DNA of 64,000 nucleotides from an uncultured Nitrospinota bacterium (GCA_963707985.1 CAVPRW010000016.1:1-64000), one strand, 5' to 3'; positions 9,104-21,136 are shown, counted from the first letter of the stretch. The notes: a model not told the origin generated them from the letters alone. Translations and numbers: made by a program.

Positions 9104-10660
9104 TCGCTCAGTACTTCTCTTGATGATATTCACATCGTCTGGGTTGATGAGGTCGGGGACGGTCCAGCCGCTGAGGTCGTACTCCCGCATGCACTGCTCC
9201 GCCAGCCCCTTACAGATGTCTGCCGAGCCATTAGCCATCGCCGTGAACAGCATCTCCATGCGAATGTTCTCGTGGTTGCCGGCATAGTTACGCTCGTATA
9301 GCTCGTGCCGGCCGCCGAACTCAGTGCCGACGGCATCCCACAAGAGCTTCAGGAGCTTGATGCGCTGCTCGGCATCGTAACCATTGGAGCCGCGCAGGTA
9401 TTTATCGAGGTAGGGGCGCAGTTCAGGAACCTGAAAATCTACCGCACTGGAGTTGATATAGATGAGGCCGCTCGCCACGGTTTCTTCGATGAGTTGCTTG
9501 ATTCTGGGGTAGGCGGTGGGGGCGAGCACCCGGTATGCCGAGCCATAGTCAACATTGGGCAACACCGTGCCGTTGGGGCCAGGATTGGGGTTCGCGGCCA
9601 TCGCCGTGGTGAGGCCCCAGAACATATTGCGCCAGGCCAGCACCTCGCCAACCGCCGCTTGCACACCGCGGAACTGACTGGCACCGGTACACTCGACGGC
9701 CTTCATGAGCAATCCGGCGATAAAGTCGAGCTTGACCGCCAGGCGGGTGGCGCCGTGGAAGGTGAAGCGATTGACGAATCCCGACGCTGGGAAGAAGTTG
9801 CTGACTTTCTCGATGTCGCGGTAGATGAGGACGTTCTCCCAGGGGATCAGGACGTTATCGAGGACCAGGATGGCATCGTTCTCATCTAGCCGGCTAGAGA
9901 GCGGGTAGTCGAAGGGGCTGCCCATCACCGCCGCGGCCATCTCATTGGACGGCCGACAGATCAGCTTTAGCCCGGGAGCGCCCATGGGCAGGACGAAGAC
10001 CACGGCGAACTCCTCATGCTGCAGGGGCAGCGTGCTGTACTGGCCGATGAAGTTGTACTGGGTCAGCGCCGAGCCGGTGGCCACCACTTTCGCCCCACTA
10101 ACGATCGGGCCCGCGTCGGTCTCCCGATCGACGTGCACAAATACGTCTTTGACTTCATGCATCGGCTGGTTGCGATCGACCGGCGGGTTGATGAGCGCAT
10201 GGTTCAAGAACAGGACTTTCTCCTGGGTTTGCTGGTAGAGGCGGCGGGCATTGGCCTCGTAGGGGGCATAATAATCGCTGTGAGAGCCCAGAGTGCCCAG
10301 GAATGAGGCTTTGTAGTCCGGACTGCGGCCCATCCAGCCATAGCCGATACGGGCCCAGGCGGCGATGGCATCGCGCGCCTCGATCAACTCCTGAGCGCTG
10401 CGACTAGCCCGGAAGAACTTGTGGGTGCGTCCACCCGAGCCGGTGTCAGTCTCGGTGGTCAGCACCGCTTGCTGGGCGGGGTCATGCAAGGCGTCGTACA
10501 GACGAGCGACCATGCGGGTGGCATTACGAAAGGCCGGATGGATGGTCACGTCCTTAACGCGCTCACCATACAGCCAGATCTCTCGCCCATCGCGGAGGGC
10601 CTCCAGATACTCTGCGCCGGTCATCGGACGCGTGGTCACTTGTGCCTGCACCTCGCTCAT
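9101..10660 (-). CDS. hpaB: 4-hydroxyphenylacetate 3-hydroxylase / phenol hydroxylase oxygenase component (HpaB family)
   Basis: [49 protein letters not shown]. Confidence 0.9.
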   Translation of the reverse strand: MSEVQAQVTTRPMTGAEYLEALRDGREIWLYGERVKDVTIHPAFRNATRMVARLYDALHDPAQQAVLTTETDTGSGGRTHKFFRASRSAQELIEARDAIAAWARIGYGWMGRSPDYKASFLGTLGSHSDYYAPYEANARRLYQQTQEKVLFLNHALINPPVDRNQPMHEVKDVFVHVDRETDAGPIVSGAKVVATGSALTQYNFIGQYSTLPLQHEEFAVVFVLPMGAPGLKLICRPSNEMAAAVMGSPFDYPLSSRLDENDAILVLDNVLIPWENVLIYRDIEKVSNFFPASGFVNRFTFHGATRLAVKLDFIAGLLMKAVECTGASQFRGVQAAVGEVLAWRNMFWGLTTAMAANPNPGPNGTVLPNVDYGSAYRVLAPTAYPRIKQLIEETVASGLIYINSSAVDFQVPELRPYLDKYLRGSNGYDAEQRIKLLKLLWDAVGTEFGGRHELYERNYAGNHENIRMEMLFTAMANGSADICKGLAEQCMREYDLSGWTVPDLINPDDVNIIKRSTER

Positions 10661-10694
10661 GCGTTTCCCTCCCAGGCTATCGAGGTATCGGAGG

Positions 10695-11012
10695 CTAGCT
10701 GAGGCATATGCTCGCTCTGCGATACCTATTTGTCTCGGTCAGCTGAATGGTCAGATCGCTCATTGGCTTGGCCTGGCACGAAAGAAAGAATCCCTCCCGT
10801 CTCTCTTCCACAGATAAGACGGCTGCTGAGTATCGTCCATAGTCAAGGTGGCCTGAGATGAGGCGCATCTTGCAGACGCCGCATCCACCACCCGTGCAGC
10901 CCAAAGACACTCGTGCTCCCGAACGCAGAATGGCACTAAGCACAGTCTCTCCTGGCGAGCAGGGTAGCACCTCTCCCATCGGCAGCAGCGTGATGGTATA
11001 AGCCTCGCTCAT
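10695..11012 (-). CDS. Plant-type 2Fe-2S ferredoxin (XylT-like)
   Basis: [11 protein letters not shown]...LSCQA; adjacent to catechol 2,3-dioxygenase. Confidence 0.85.
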   Translation of the reverse strand: MSEAYTITLLPMGEVLPCSPGETVLSAILRSGARVSLGCTGGGCGVCKMRLISGHLDYGRYSAAVLSVEERREGFFLSCQAKPMSDLTIQLTETNRYRRASICLS

Positions 11013-11085
11013 GTCAACGATATGCGGCCGACCGCTGCCCTCGGGTCCGAGTCACAGCAGCGCCCGGCCTGCTCTCTGCGGCGGT

Positions 11086-12000
11086 CTAGGTATACACACT
11101 CAAGAAGGTCTCGTTGAGCTCCTGAGCGTAGTAAAAAACCGCCTGGGCGATCTGATCTTGCGTCCAGGTGACCGGGCGAGAATCCGGATCCATTTGATAG
11201 GCACTGTAGCCGCCGAAAGTCTCCAGACGGTTGCCCGACGGATCGAAGAAGTAGATGGTGGTGCCACGCGTGATACCGTGACGGCCCGGGCCGTAGTCGA
11301 TGCGTACCTTATGCATGGCCAGAATATCCGCCGCTCGAAACAATGCATCGGTCGAGTCCACCACGAAGGCCGCGTGGTGGAACCCTCCGGCCCGGCCTGG
11401 AACAATGGCTAGATCGTGCGGGGCTGGGCGCTGCCAGAGCCAGGCGGCGAGCGGCGTGCCATCCGAATCGACGAGCATTTCGCTGACCCGAAACTCGAGG
11501 ACCTCCTGAAAGAACCGAATCGCCGTATGCGGCTCCGGCGCGGTCACCAGCGTGTGATCCAGGCGCGGCACGCCAATGCCCTTGAGGCCTTCAGGCCATG
11601 GCGCCGGGTTCAGCGTGGGCAGGAGGTTCCCTGTGTACTCCATGTCGTGATAGAGCTCAACCGTATGCCCAGACGGCGCCATGAAACGCAGCGCACGGCC
11701 GCGGCGGTAGTCTTCTGGAACGACTTCGTATTTGACACTAAAATCTTGCAGCCGTTTCTCATAATAGTCGAGGTCTTCTGGGTCGACCGTGCGGAACGCC
11801 ATGCGCACCATACCCGCCCGATCGGCCTCGGTCAAGCAGACGGAATAGGCATGGCGCTCATCCCACCCTTTCAAGTAGGCTGTTTTCCCCTCCCGACCGG
11901 TCAACTGCAAGCCCAGCACATTGACATAATGATCCAAGTCACGATCCAGATCCAGGCTGCGAATCTCGACATGCCCCAATCGTGAGATGCGGTATGGCAT
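11086..12000 (-). CDS. xylE: Catechol 2,3-dioxygenase
   Basis: YLKGWDE, RLDH, HDLA, GFHHAAF, GPGRHGITRGTTIYFFDPSGNRLE. Confidence 0.92.
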   Translation of the reverse strand: MPYRISRLGHVEIRSLDLDRDLDHYVNVLGLQLTGREGKTAYLKGWDERHAYSVCLTEADRAGMVRMAFRTVDPEDLDYYEKRLQDFSVKYEVVPEDYRRGRALRFMAPSGHTVELYHDMEYTGNLLPTLNPAPWPEGLKGIGVPRLDHTLVTAPEPHTAIRFFQEVLEFRVSEMLVDSDGTPLAAWLWQRPAPHDLAIVPGRAGGFHHAAFVVDSTDALFRAADILAMHKVRIDYGPGRHGITRGTTIYFFDPSGNRLETFGGYSAYQMDPDSRPVTWTQDQIAQAVFYYAQELNETFLSVYT

Positions 12001-12170
12001 TGTTCCGGCTCCTCCCCACCCTTCTGCGCCCTGGCAAACTTCAAGAGTGTTGTATCTCTAACCCTACGACATCGGACTACCCGCCTGGCCCCTCCTGCAA
12101 GAGGCCACGGCAGACAGCCTCGTGTGAGGCTCGCCGCCCCACGTCCACCGCTTGCTCATCACCTCCCCTT

Positions 12171-12449
12171 TCAGGTTTGCCTGGCTTCAGCAGCCACAAA
12201 GGGGGCGAGAACGACGGTCACGTCCGTCTCCTCCACGAGATCGGCCGATACTTCTGCCATACGTTCCCCCATAAGAATGGCGTCATCATCCGTTTTATAT
12301 CCAACCTCTACAAAAATAATGTTATCTTCCCCGAGAACCGCTTTTGGTGGATGTACGGGCTCAGGGCTGATCTTCTCAAATGTCCCTAGAAACTTGGCCA
12401 GTACATCAAGGGTCTTGGCGTCTACTGGAAAGGTGACTCGTGTTTTCAT
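12171..12449 (-). CDS. Small protein coupled to the upstream HEPN gene (putative antitoxin)
   Basis: ATGA overlap with HEPN ORF; 92 aa, acidic. Confidence 0.55.
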   Translation of the reverse strand: MKTRVTFPVDAKTLDVLAKFLGTFEKISPEPVHPPKAVLGEDNIIFVEVGYKTDDDAILMGERMAEVSADLVEETDVTVVLAPFVAAEARQT

Positions 12450-12831
12450 GGCTCCCCCAATATTCTTTCGATGGCGGTAAGCATCTCAGCCGCTCTTCTG
12501 AGACATTGCTCGGCGAGTCCGCGCGCTGACGTGTTGATCGGAATAGTCCGCAGTATGTCTTCTGCCCATGAGATCATCGTGGATAGATCGCAAGGAAGCA
12601 GGAAAGAACTTGCGGGCCTGGATGAGCCTCCGGTTGAATTCCGCTTGGACACGATCATGCCTCCATTGCTCCTGGCGGAACTCTGTCAGCTTGATCAGAG
12701 CCGCGATCTCAGCCTGGAACACGGCAAAATAGGCTCGACTGGCGCAGGAGTCAAAGTCTCCCTGTGTCATAGGCGCTTTGAGCTGTACGAAGGCTGTTCC
12801 TAGCTTTTGCCAAATATACCTGCCAGGTCAT
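12446..12831 (-). pseudogene. HEPN domain protein, two frameshifts
   Basis: MTWQVYLAKARNSLRTAQSAY / DFDSCASRAYFAVFQA...RRHTADY / SARGLAEQCLRRAAEML across three frames. Confidence 0.75.
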
Positions 12832-12948
12832 AGCCTCTCTATGGTGCGAGCGCAAGAGTAGGTAGTCTCGTATTTACGACAGCCGTCCCACCCCCATCAG
12901 CTCGGCTTCACTCCGCTGCAACAAAAGGAATGGAGAGCAGCATCCCTA

Positions 12949-13251
12949 TCATTCTTTAGCTTCCTCTGGAACATCGAGCTTACCACTGGTCCCTTGAGAG
13001 ATGCCCAACCGCCGGCGAACCTCCGCTAATGAAAGGCCCCCCTCCTGGCGCCCACGGCCTCGAAAGCGCTCCATCAGCGCCAGAAAATCTGGATTGCTTC
13101 CTAAAGACCAAGCTTCTACCTCCGCCTCATCAACGCTAACGATCCCCAAGATAGGATTACCTTCGCGGGTCAGAATCACTGGCTCTGTCTCCGCTAATAT
13201 TGCCAGTTCCTGAACGCTTAAGCTGCAACTTTCGATGGCAATACGCTTCAT
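12949..13251 (-). CDS. Phd/YefM-like antitoxin
   Basis: EPVILTREGNP...SLAEVRRRLG; overlaps relE-like stop. Confidence 0.7.
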   Translation of the reverse strand: MKRIAIESCSLSVQELAILAETEPVILTREGNPILGIVSVDEAEVEAWSLGSNPDFLALMERFRGRGRQEGGLSLAEVRRRLGISQGTSGKLDVPEEAKE

Positions 13252-13544
13252 AACGAAATCTCCTCCCCGCCTATGATGAGCCGACTGCCCTCCTTTCGCC
13301 CCACAGCAATGACCCTCACGCTTACAGCATCCGCGTTCATGTCATAAAACACGCGAATCTCCCCGATACGTAGCTCCCAGGGGGCGAGCGGATTAGGACG
13401 GAGTCGCTTGCGATTTCGAGTTTCCACGTCAGGTTGGTAGGTTAATTGTACCTCGATTTGGTCAAGCACAATGGATTGGGCTCTGGCTGAAAACCCCTGT
13501 AAGTGCTCGACCGCATCTGGTTCAAAGATAATTTCGTAGGGCAC
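13248..13544 (-). CDS. RelE/ParE-family toxin
   Basis: YEIIFEPDAVEHL...WELRIGEIRVFYD...VIAVGRK. Confidence 0.85.
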   Translation of the reverse strand: MPYEIIFEPDAVEHLQGFSARAQSIVLDQIEVQLTYQPDVETRNRKRLRPNPLAPWELRIGEIRVFYDMNADAVSVRVIAVGRKEGSRLIIGGEEISL

Positions 13545-13565
13545 TTGATGGGTTGCCTCTACCTC

Positions 13566-16500
13566 TCACCAGCATCTCATAGCGCCTGCTGCTAGCGCAG
13601 CCTCGGCCTGGGGCAGCCAGAAGGTCATGTCCATGGCGCGGTACAGCTCGATGGCGGTGGACAGCTCGGCGCGGGCCTGCTCCCGTCGGCCGATCTTGGC
13701 ATACAGAGTGCCGAGGCCTAGGTGGCAGTGCGCCAGGAGAGGGCGCATGCCGAGTTCTTCGGCTAGGGCGAGGGCCTGCCGGTAATGGGCTTCGGCCTGC
13801 TGCGACCTCTGGCGGATTGCGCTGCGCAGCGATCTCACCGAGGAGGCGCAGGACCCACGCCTGGTGGCCGCGTTCTGTGCTCGCCGGCGAGCGTCAGGGC
13901 ACGCTCGGCGAGCTGGATCGCCTCCTCTCTTTGACCAGCCAGTAGATAGGCCTCGCCCAGGGAGACATCCAGAGGCCTGACGCCTACTCTGTTGTGGGAA
14001 TCGTCTGTGCCACAGCCTGCTCCAGCAGAGGAACGGCCTCGGCGACACGCCCGGACAGGGCATATGCATAACCCAAGTGCGAGGCAATGCTGGGGAACCA
14101 GCCCCAGGTTCCAGTCCTGGCAGAGTCCAAGGCCACGTTCGAGCACGGCGAGGGCCTTGCGAGGTCCCCTTTGCGGAGGGACAGAAGCCCGATGAAACGG
14201 CGACATGCGGCTGTATGGCTGCGCGGCTGACTCGGCTATCCGGACCCCCTCCTCGCCGCGGGCGATCCCCTCGGCGAACGCCCCCAGCTCGGCATGGCAC
14301 CCGGCGAGCCAGGTACGGGAGAACACGGCAGGCAGGACGGCCAGACCGAAGTGCTCGTAGCACCACGTCGCCTTCGAGGGACGCCACGTTCCGCCCGAAG
14401 GAGTCCAGGGCCCGACGATAGTCGCCCGGGCGTAGTAGGCTTGGCCCAGGAGGATGGTTCGCCGCGACTTGCAGGCCGAAATCCCCGACGGCCGCGGCGA
14501 TGGCCAGGGCGCGCTCGCCTGAGGCGATGGCCCGGTCATAGTCGCCTTGGCAGAAATGGCGGATCAGTAGGAGCAAGACCCGCCCCAGCCGACGTTGATC
14601 GCCCAGCGCCTGGGCGAGGGTCTCGGCTTGGCGCAGGAGGTCAAGGATCGCCCATGGTCTCCGAGCGCAAAGAGCGCATTGCGCAGCGTCAAGCGGAGAT
14701 CGATGGCCTGCTCGATGGTGTCACGCCTCTCAGGCAGATGCTGGAGAGCACCCAGGGCCTGCTCAAAGCACGCCACCGCCTCGCGGTAGGCCGAGCGCGC
14801 CATGCGCCTTCTCCCCGCCTGCCGGCAGTAGGCCAGGGCTTTGTCCCATACCTCGCCCTGCAGGGCATGGTGGGCCAGCCGCTCGACCTGCTCGAGCGAG
14901 CCGCTCGGCGTCGAGCGTCTCGAGGGCCTCGACGATCCGGGCGTGCAGCGCCCGCCGCCGCTCCTGGTAGGAGGCTCCCGTAGGCCACCTCGTGGCGTGA
15001 GGGCATGCTTGAAGGTATACGCAGGCTCGGGAAAGAGGCGCGTCTCGTAGAGGAACTCGGCCGTCTGCAGGTGGGCGAGCGCCACGATGCAGTGCGCCTC
15101 GGGCAGCTCGGCAATGGCCTGCAGGAGGGTAAGGGCACCTCGTTGCCGATGACCGCGGCGGTCTGCAGCAGGCGCTTCTCCTCACCCGGCAGCCGGTCGA
15201 TGCGCGCCGCCAGGACCGCCTGCACCGTCGCTGGCACCTGGATGCTCGGGAGCAGCCTAGCCCAGGCGATAGGCCCCCGCGTCACCGACCAGCACCTGCG
15301 TCTCGACCAGCGTCCGGACGCTTTCCTCCAGGAAGAAGGGGTTGCCCTCGGTGCGCTCGATCAGGCGCTGTTTGAGCGGCTCGAGCCCGGCGTCATCTCC
15401 CAGGAGGGAATGCAGCAAGGCCTTGGGCGGTCGCAGGGGGCAGCGGGTCGAGCCGGAGCTGGGTGTAGTAGGTTTTGCTCGTCCAGCCGTGGTGATATTC
15501 CGGACGGTAGCTGACGAGCAGGAGCACATGGGCGGCCGGCAGACTCTCGACCAGGCTGATCCAGGCAGCGCCTGGGTCTCACCGTCGATCCAGTGGAGGT
15601 TCTCGACGACCAGGAACAGAGGGCTGGATCTGGCTCTCCCGCAGCAACAGATGCTTGACGGCGTCCAGAAGCGCTGGCGGCGTTGCGACGGATCGAGGGC
15701 TTGCCACGGGGCATCTTCGACCGGCACCTCCAGGAGCATGAGGAGCGCCGGCAGGATCGGCTGCAGGGTCTGCCTCCAGCGCCAGGAGCTTGTCGGTGAC
15801 CTGTCGCCGGCATCGTCTGCCGATCATCGCCGGCGTCGAGCTGAAAGTAGGCCTTGAGCAGATCGATGATGGGCAGGTAGGGGGTCGCCTGGCCATACGA
15901 ATCGGCACTGGTCTCGAGGATCAGCCAGCCGTGGGTTTGATGCGCGCGGATGAACTCATAGCACAGGCGGGACTTTCCCACCCCGGGCTCCCCGATCATC
16001 CCTACCACCTGCCCCCGCCCCTCCCCCACCTGTCTCCAGGAGGTCGTCCAGGATGGCCAACTCCCGCTCGCGCCCCACGAATCGACTCAGGGGACGCTGC
16101 CCATGCAGCTGCAACGGCGAACCCTCGGACCTCAGTCCGACCACGGTGTACGCTCCGAGGCTGGTGGGGTTGTTCCGTTCCGAGCAGCTCTTCACACGCG
16201 CGCAGCTCGCACCAGCCCCCGACCAGCCGCTCCATCTCGGGGGACATCAAGATTTCTCCCGGCTCGGCATACCCCAGTAGCCGCCCCGGCCGTGCCAGCG
16301 TGTCGCCTATGGGCAGCAGTCGCCCCGTAGGATCGATCGCCTCGGTATCCACGAGTACCTCGCCCCAGTGGAGGGCCATGCGCAGCTCTGGGTAGTGCCC
16401 TGCATCAGGGGTATCTGTCACGATGCCCCGCAACGCCAGCGCTGCCTGTACCGCGCGCTGCGGCGCCTGCTCCAGCGTCCGCGGCACGCCAAAGGCGGCC

Positions 16501-17807
16501 ATAAGCAGCGACTGGCGTGTGTGGCAGCACCACCCCGCCGAAGCCCTGGACCTTCTCCACGATGGTCTGCTCCCAGCGGCTGGTCACGGTCCACGGTTCA
16601 TACGGCGAAGCGCTCCCGTCGTTGTCGGCGGGCCAGGTCACCTCCACCGCCAGCACCGCCACCGGCTTCTGCTCCCAGCTCTGAGTTGGAGCCGATGCTG
16701 CTCGGCTCAACAGCACCGTTTGCCCATCATCCTGAGGGACGGCTGGCCCCATACGCCGCCCAGCTCGCTCCTGGGGCAAGGCGACGCCTATCTTACCCCC
16801 CTGGCTTGACGGTGCAATCCGATAGCGCGCCATACGATGGCGAAATGCCCCGCGGCTCATCCCTAACAAACGGGCCGCGCGCGCCACATTGCCGGCCGTC
16901 TGTTGGAGCGCATGCCGGATTTGCGCGGCCTCATCCGCTGCTTCAGTATCCGCCTCAGGTGGGCTGGTTGACACGGGGGTCGACGACTTCGAGAGAGGGA
17001 CACAGAGCTGCTCCAACGTTTCCGGGCCAATCACGGGGTCCGGGCTCAATAAGGTCACCCGCTCCATGAGATGGCCGAGCTCGCGCACGTTGCCCGGCCA
17101 GGTATAGCGCTGTAGCCACAGCCTCAGCCTGCGGGTCCAGGCGTTTAGGGCTCAGCCGATGCGCCTCAGCAGCGTGCTGCAAATAATGCTGGGCCAGCAA
17201 AACCATATCCGCCCCCCGTTCACGCAACGGCGGCACCTCCAATAGGACCACCGCCAAGCGATGGTAGAGATCGGCCCGGAACTGACCCTCGGCGACGCGA
17301 GCCTGCAGATCTGCCTGGGTGGCTGCGATGAGCTTGACGTCGATCGGGTGCTCCACAACGGCGCCCAGCCGCCGCACGCGTTTGGCCTCGATGACGGTGA
17401 GCAGCTTGCCTTGCAGCGTCAAGGGGAGCGCGTCGATCTCGTCCAGGAACAGGGTGCCTCCCGAGGCTGCTTCAAAGAGGCCAGGTTTGGCCCGCTTGGC
17501 ATCGGTGAAGGCGCCGGCCTCGAAGCCAAACAGCTCCGCCTCCAGCAACGACTCCGGGATGGCGGCGCAGTTCACCTCAAGAAAAGGCCCCTGCGCCCGT
17601 GGGCCGCTATCATGAATGATCCGCGCCACCAACCCCTTCCCGGTGCCAGTTTCCCCATGCAGCAACACGGTGGGGACGAACGGATTGCCGAGGGTGTCGA
17701 ACGTCACCAAATGGCGAAGCTGCGCGCGCAAGGCGACGATGGTGGGCGCCTCACCTAGCAGGCGCTCGGTAGGCTGGACAGAGGGAATGAGGCAGTGGGC
17801 GGGCCAT
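13566..17807 (-). pseudogene. Sigma54-interacting AAA+ domain - Fis HTH - cyclase-like - STAND ATPase - TPR regulator (many frameshifts)
   Basis: [101 protein letters not shown]-terminal MTFWLPQAEA, spread across frames. Confidence 0.85.
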
Positions 17808-17960
17808 AGCGGTCTCCGTTTCTTGTCCCGGCAGATGGATGCGCTATGGCGCCACAGGGGGCCGCTGTGGCCAGAAGTGGCGCCACATTCTAGAGACCTC
17901 TAGAGGTGAGATGCAAGCGGAATCGTTCGAAATTACAAAGCGATCGCTGATCGCGGCACC

Positions 17961-17975
17961 TGGCATCGTTTTTGC
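17961..17975 (+). promoter_or_regulatory. Sigma54 (-24/-12) promoter
   Basis: TGGCATCGTTTTTGC, exact GG-N10-GC, divergent from a sigma54 activator gene. Confidence 0.7.
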
Positions 17976-18207
17976 CAAAGGCGATTATTTGAGGCTAGCC
18001 GAGGGCTTAGGACATGTTCTTTCTTCGATAGACGAAAACGGAGTAGCACCTGAAGATCGATCATGACACAGCCGGGTCCTGAAGACGGTACGAGCACGCG
18101 ACCGAAGTCATCACGTGGTCGGCGGCAAACGACGCAGGATACTTCTTCAGCACTGCATGCATGTCGCCTATCACCAAACCTAAGTTTTCATTCGGTACGA
18201 GGAGGGA

Positions 18208-18711
18208 ATGAAGATGAGAAGTTGGAGAATCGTTTGTATTGCGGCTCTGCTTGTCATCGCGCTGATCGCTCCCATAACGACAGCTGATAACGATCAAGCG
18301 GACAATTCAGTGGTCGGCATGTGGCGCTCCGTGTTTCGGATTGGCGATGCCAACGGGGCGGTGTTTGACGAATCCTTCCAGCAGTTTCACAGCGATGGCA
18401 CCGAGGGAATGCTCAGCAACGGGGTCCCGCCCGCGCTCGACAACACGTGCGTTGGTGTATGGAAGCGGGTGGGGTCTCGCGAGTACAAGACCCGGCACTT
18501 GGGATGGAACTGGAGCACCCAGGATAGCGGCTTCGGCGTTCCGGGCACCTTGGTCGGGTACATCGAGATGCGAGTAAAGCTGAAGGTCGACAGTGACGGC
18601 AAGAGCTTCAGCGGCACATGGACGGCGAAGAACTTCGATGTGTCCGGTAATCACATTCACGCTCAAGACGTGCAAGGCGTCGTGCACGCCACACGTATTA
18701 GCGTGGATTGA
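18208..18711 (+). CDS. Secreted hypothetical protein, probable beta-barrel
   Basis: GGAGG RBS; signal peptide; SVVGMW, FHSDGTE, CVGVWK. Confidence 0.75.
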   Translation: MKMRSWRIVCIAALLVIALIAPITTADNDQADNSVVGMWRSVFRIGDANGAVFDESFQQFHSDGTEGMLSNGVPPALDNTCVGVWKRVGSREYKTRHLGWNWSTQDSGFGVPGTLVGYIEMRVKLKVDSDGKSFSGTWTAKNFDVSGNHIHAQDVQGVVHATRISVD

Positions 18712-18825
18712 TGCGCTTCCTGCCGTCAGGAACGGGACGATAGGCCGCCCGTCACATCAAGCCTATCGTCCCGGTTTATTAGGACCGAGGCAGGTCAAAG
18801 AGGCAAGCCCCGCCTGGAAGAAACC

Positions 18826-19275
18826 TCAAGGCCCCTGCTCACGTGGGTGCAGGCGCAAGGCAATCCAGAGTTGTCGTAGGTGTGTGATGAGGGGGTTGTT
18901 CGTCTGTTGCAAAGCTTCTATCGTTGCGCGCCCGCTAGCCGTCAGCCCGACAAGATGTACTCCCGTCCGCACTCCAGGCAAAGTGTCTTCTCCATTGTTG
19001 CCGGCGTGGATGGAATATCCGCACCTGCCTTCCCGTCAGGGGATCACGGGCATAGATACGCCGCCCCTTATAGCTGTTACAGGTACGGCAACACAAACAT
19101 ACATTGGCTAGCTCGGCCTTACCACTGGCTGCTTCTCGGGATGATATGATCGACCTCCAACGGCATGCCGAGCAATTGCTCCGGGCTCTTGCAGTAGGCA
19201 CAGCGCGGCTCCGGAAGAAGGAGAAAACTCTGCACGCAATGCGCGACGCAGAGAGAGCGGGATAGGACCACCCAC
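18826..19275 (-). pseudogene. HNH endonuclease, frameshifted
   Basis: CAYCK...LEVDHIIP / NVCLCCRTCNSYKG...FHPRRQQWRRHFAWSADG / GLTASGRATIEAL. Confidence 0.75.
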
Positions 19276-19284
19276 TATTTCCCT

Positions 19285-19684
19285 TCACCATCCGGGCCTT
19301 CGTTCGCTGGTCGGGAGAAACCGCGCCTTGGCTTTATTCTCGGAGATGCGCTGATACTGCTGCTTGAGTGCTTCCCACTCCTCGCGTTCGCGTGCACTCA
19401 GACGCCCTTTTTCCCCTTTTCGCAGTAGGGTGGCGTAGCGCCGTTGCAGTTTCGGTGGCAGAAAAGCGTCGGCCATGGCCTGCAATACCTCATCGTCCAA
19501 TACTGCCCAACGCGCCAAATCCGCTGCTAACTCAGGCGGAAGCGTGTCCGGCAGGGGAGGCACCAACCGCTTCCAACGCCAAGAGAATAAAATCCTTCAC
19601 ATCGCATTGGGCCAGACGTGCCGTGTGCTCCAGCCGCTGATAGAGCTTTTCAGGTAGCCGGAGCTTCAATTCCATCGCTTGCAT
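19285..19684 (-). pseudogene. Antitoxin-like partner of HNH gene, frameshifted
   Basis: [21 protein letters not shown] (RHH-like) / [15 protein letters not shown]...[12 protein letters not shown]. Confidence 0.6.
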
Positions 19685-19876
19685 GAGACGTCCTTCATGG
19701 AGTTGAATTTGTCGAGGCGTTATTACACTCTTCTTGGAGTCTAGCAAACCCTCTGCAGGCGGGCAAGTAGGGTCTGCTGAAGGCCAGATGAGGAGCGCTG
19801 GGTGGAGAAGGAATGAAAATGAGGTGCAGGCGGGCGGAGCTGAGCAGATAGATGATCGTGCGCCTCGGCTGTCTAG

Positions 19877-20387
19877 TCACCCAGAGCGTGCAGGGATATC
19901 GCTGGGGGAAAGGCGATCGAATGGGTTATCAGTGAGAAGCTCTTCGGCCTGTGCTGCGGCGATAAGGGGGGTATCGCCTGTAACACAGGTGAAGGCGCGT
20001 TGGTGGTCAGCGAGGAGGCGGTAGGAGCGCAAGGCCGTCGCCAGCTGGATAGCATCATAGGCCTTCAAGGGATGCTGTTGGGTCAAATGCGCCGCTGTGG
20101 CAAAGTCATGCGTGCTCAGCGCCATAATCGCATAGCGATGGGCGAGTTGACTCATGAAGCGACGATAGGCGAAGTCCCGCTCTGCCCTCTTGATCCGACC
20201 GACACGCGCGATGACGGCCAGCCCGGCAGCGACCTCCCACGTGTGTGATCTCAGCGACAAGGATGATGTGATGAGCATGGCCGCTCGCGGGGTCTTGCGC
20301 ATCGATCAGCTGGCGGCCCGGTACTTCCGGGTTCGGTAACGTAATATTTCACCAATGCACTCGCATCGGAGTCTGGTAGAAGGCCAT
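19877..20387 (-). pseudogene. VapC/PIN toxin, frameshifted
   Basis: DASALVKYYVTEPGST fragment; LKAYDAIQLATAL...VTGD..LIAAAQAEEL. Confidence 0.75.
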
Positions 20388-20389
20388 GG

Positions 20390-20710
20390 TTAGCGGCGGT
20401 TTTCGATGGGAGCACTCGGCTCAACAGTGGGTCAAGCGGGCAAGGCTACGCATGAAATGGATGTGGGCCTGCTGCTCCGCCTCCGATAGGATATCCCACT
20501 CAGCGGCCATGCGGTGTTCCTCAGGGGTCGGGTGACGAACCCAGCCCTTTGGGTCTTAAGCCAGGCCAGGAGGTGGTCCCTGGTTCTGGGGTTCACCCAC
20601 TGCTGGCAGTATCACCTTGTGCGCATCACCTGCGAGCAAGCGTACTATGGCTTCCAGGCGGTCGACACGTGGGCCTTGAGTTCTACCACTTCTGGCTCCA
20701 GGGTTGTCAT
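20390..20710 (-). pseudogene. Putative antitoxin upstream of vapC, frameshifted
   Basis: MTTLEPEVVELKAH / DRLEAIVR...PTPEEHRMAAEWDILSEAEQQAHIHFM; stop 2 nt before vapC ATG. Confidence 0.5.
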
Positions 20711-20849
20711 GTGCCTTCACCTCCTTCAAGGCGGATTATAGCAGGGGGTAGAACGGTGGGCAAACCGACGAGCGCATACCCCGGATGGCGCACACGCTCA
20801 TTCCTTAATGCGCCCGGCCATGTCGGGGGAAGTGTCATGAACCGGTGTG

Positions 20850-20960
20850 ACTCACGCCATCTACACCAGGGGGCCTCGGCCTGGGGCAGCCAGAACGTCA
20901 TCTCCATGGCGTGGTACAGGTCAACGGCAGCAGACAGTTCAGCGCCGGCAGGCTCGCGTG
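20850..20960 (-). pseudogene. Isolated 3' end of a STAND-TPR gene
   Basis: AELSAAVDLYHAMEMTFWLPQAEA, closely similar at DNA level to 13600-13672. Confidence 0.7.
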
Positions 20961-21136
20961 GGCCGCTCTTGGCGCAAGAAGTACCCAAGGGAGTTCAGAG
21001 GTCTACGGACGCTTCGAGTAATGCGTTGGCCTTCTGAATGTCAGGGGGAAAAAGCGTTCGCTCTTGCGGGCACTCTGGTTGAGCACGGGTGCCGGCATGG
21101 GCGGCTTCATGACCGATGTGATGGGGATCGCTTCGG

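Noticed and set aside
20523..20548. REP-like hairpin GGGTCGGGTGACGAACCCAGCCC
   Set aside because: Falls within the coding frame of the broken antitoxin gene
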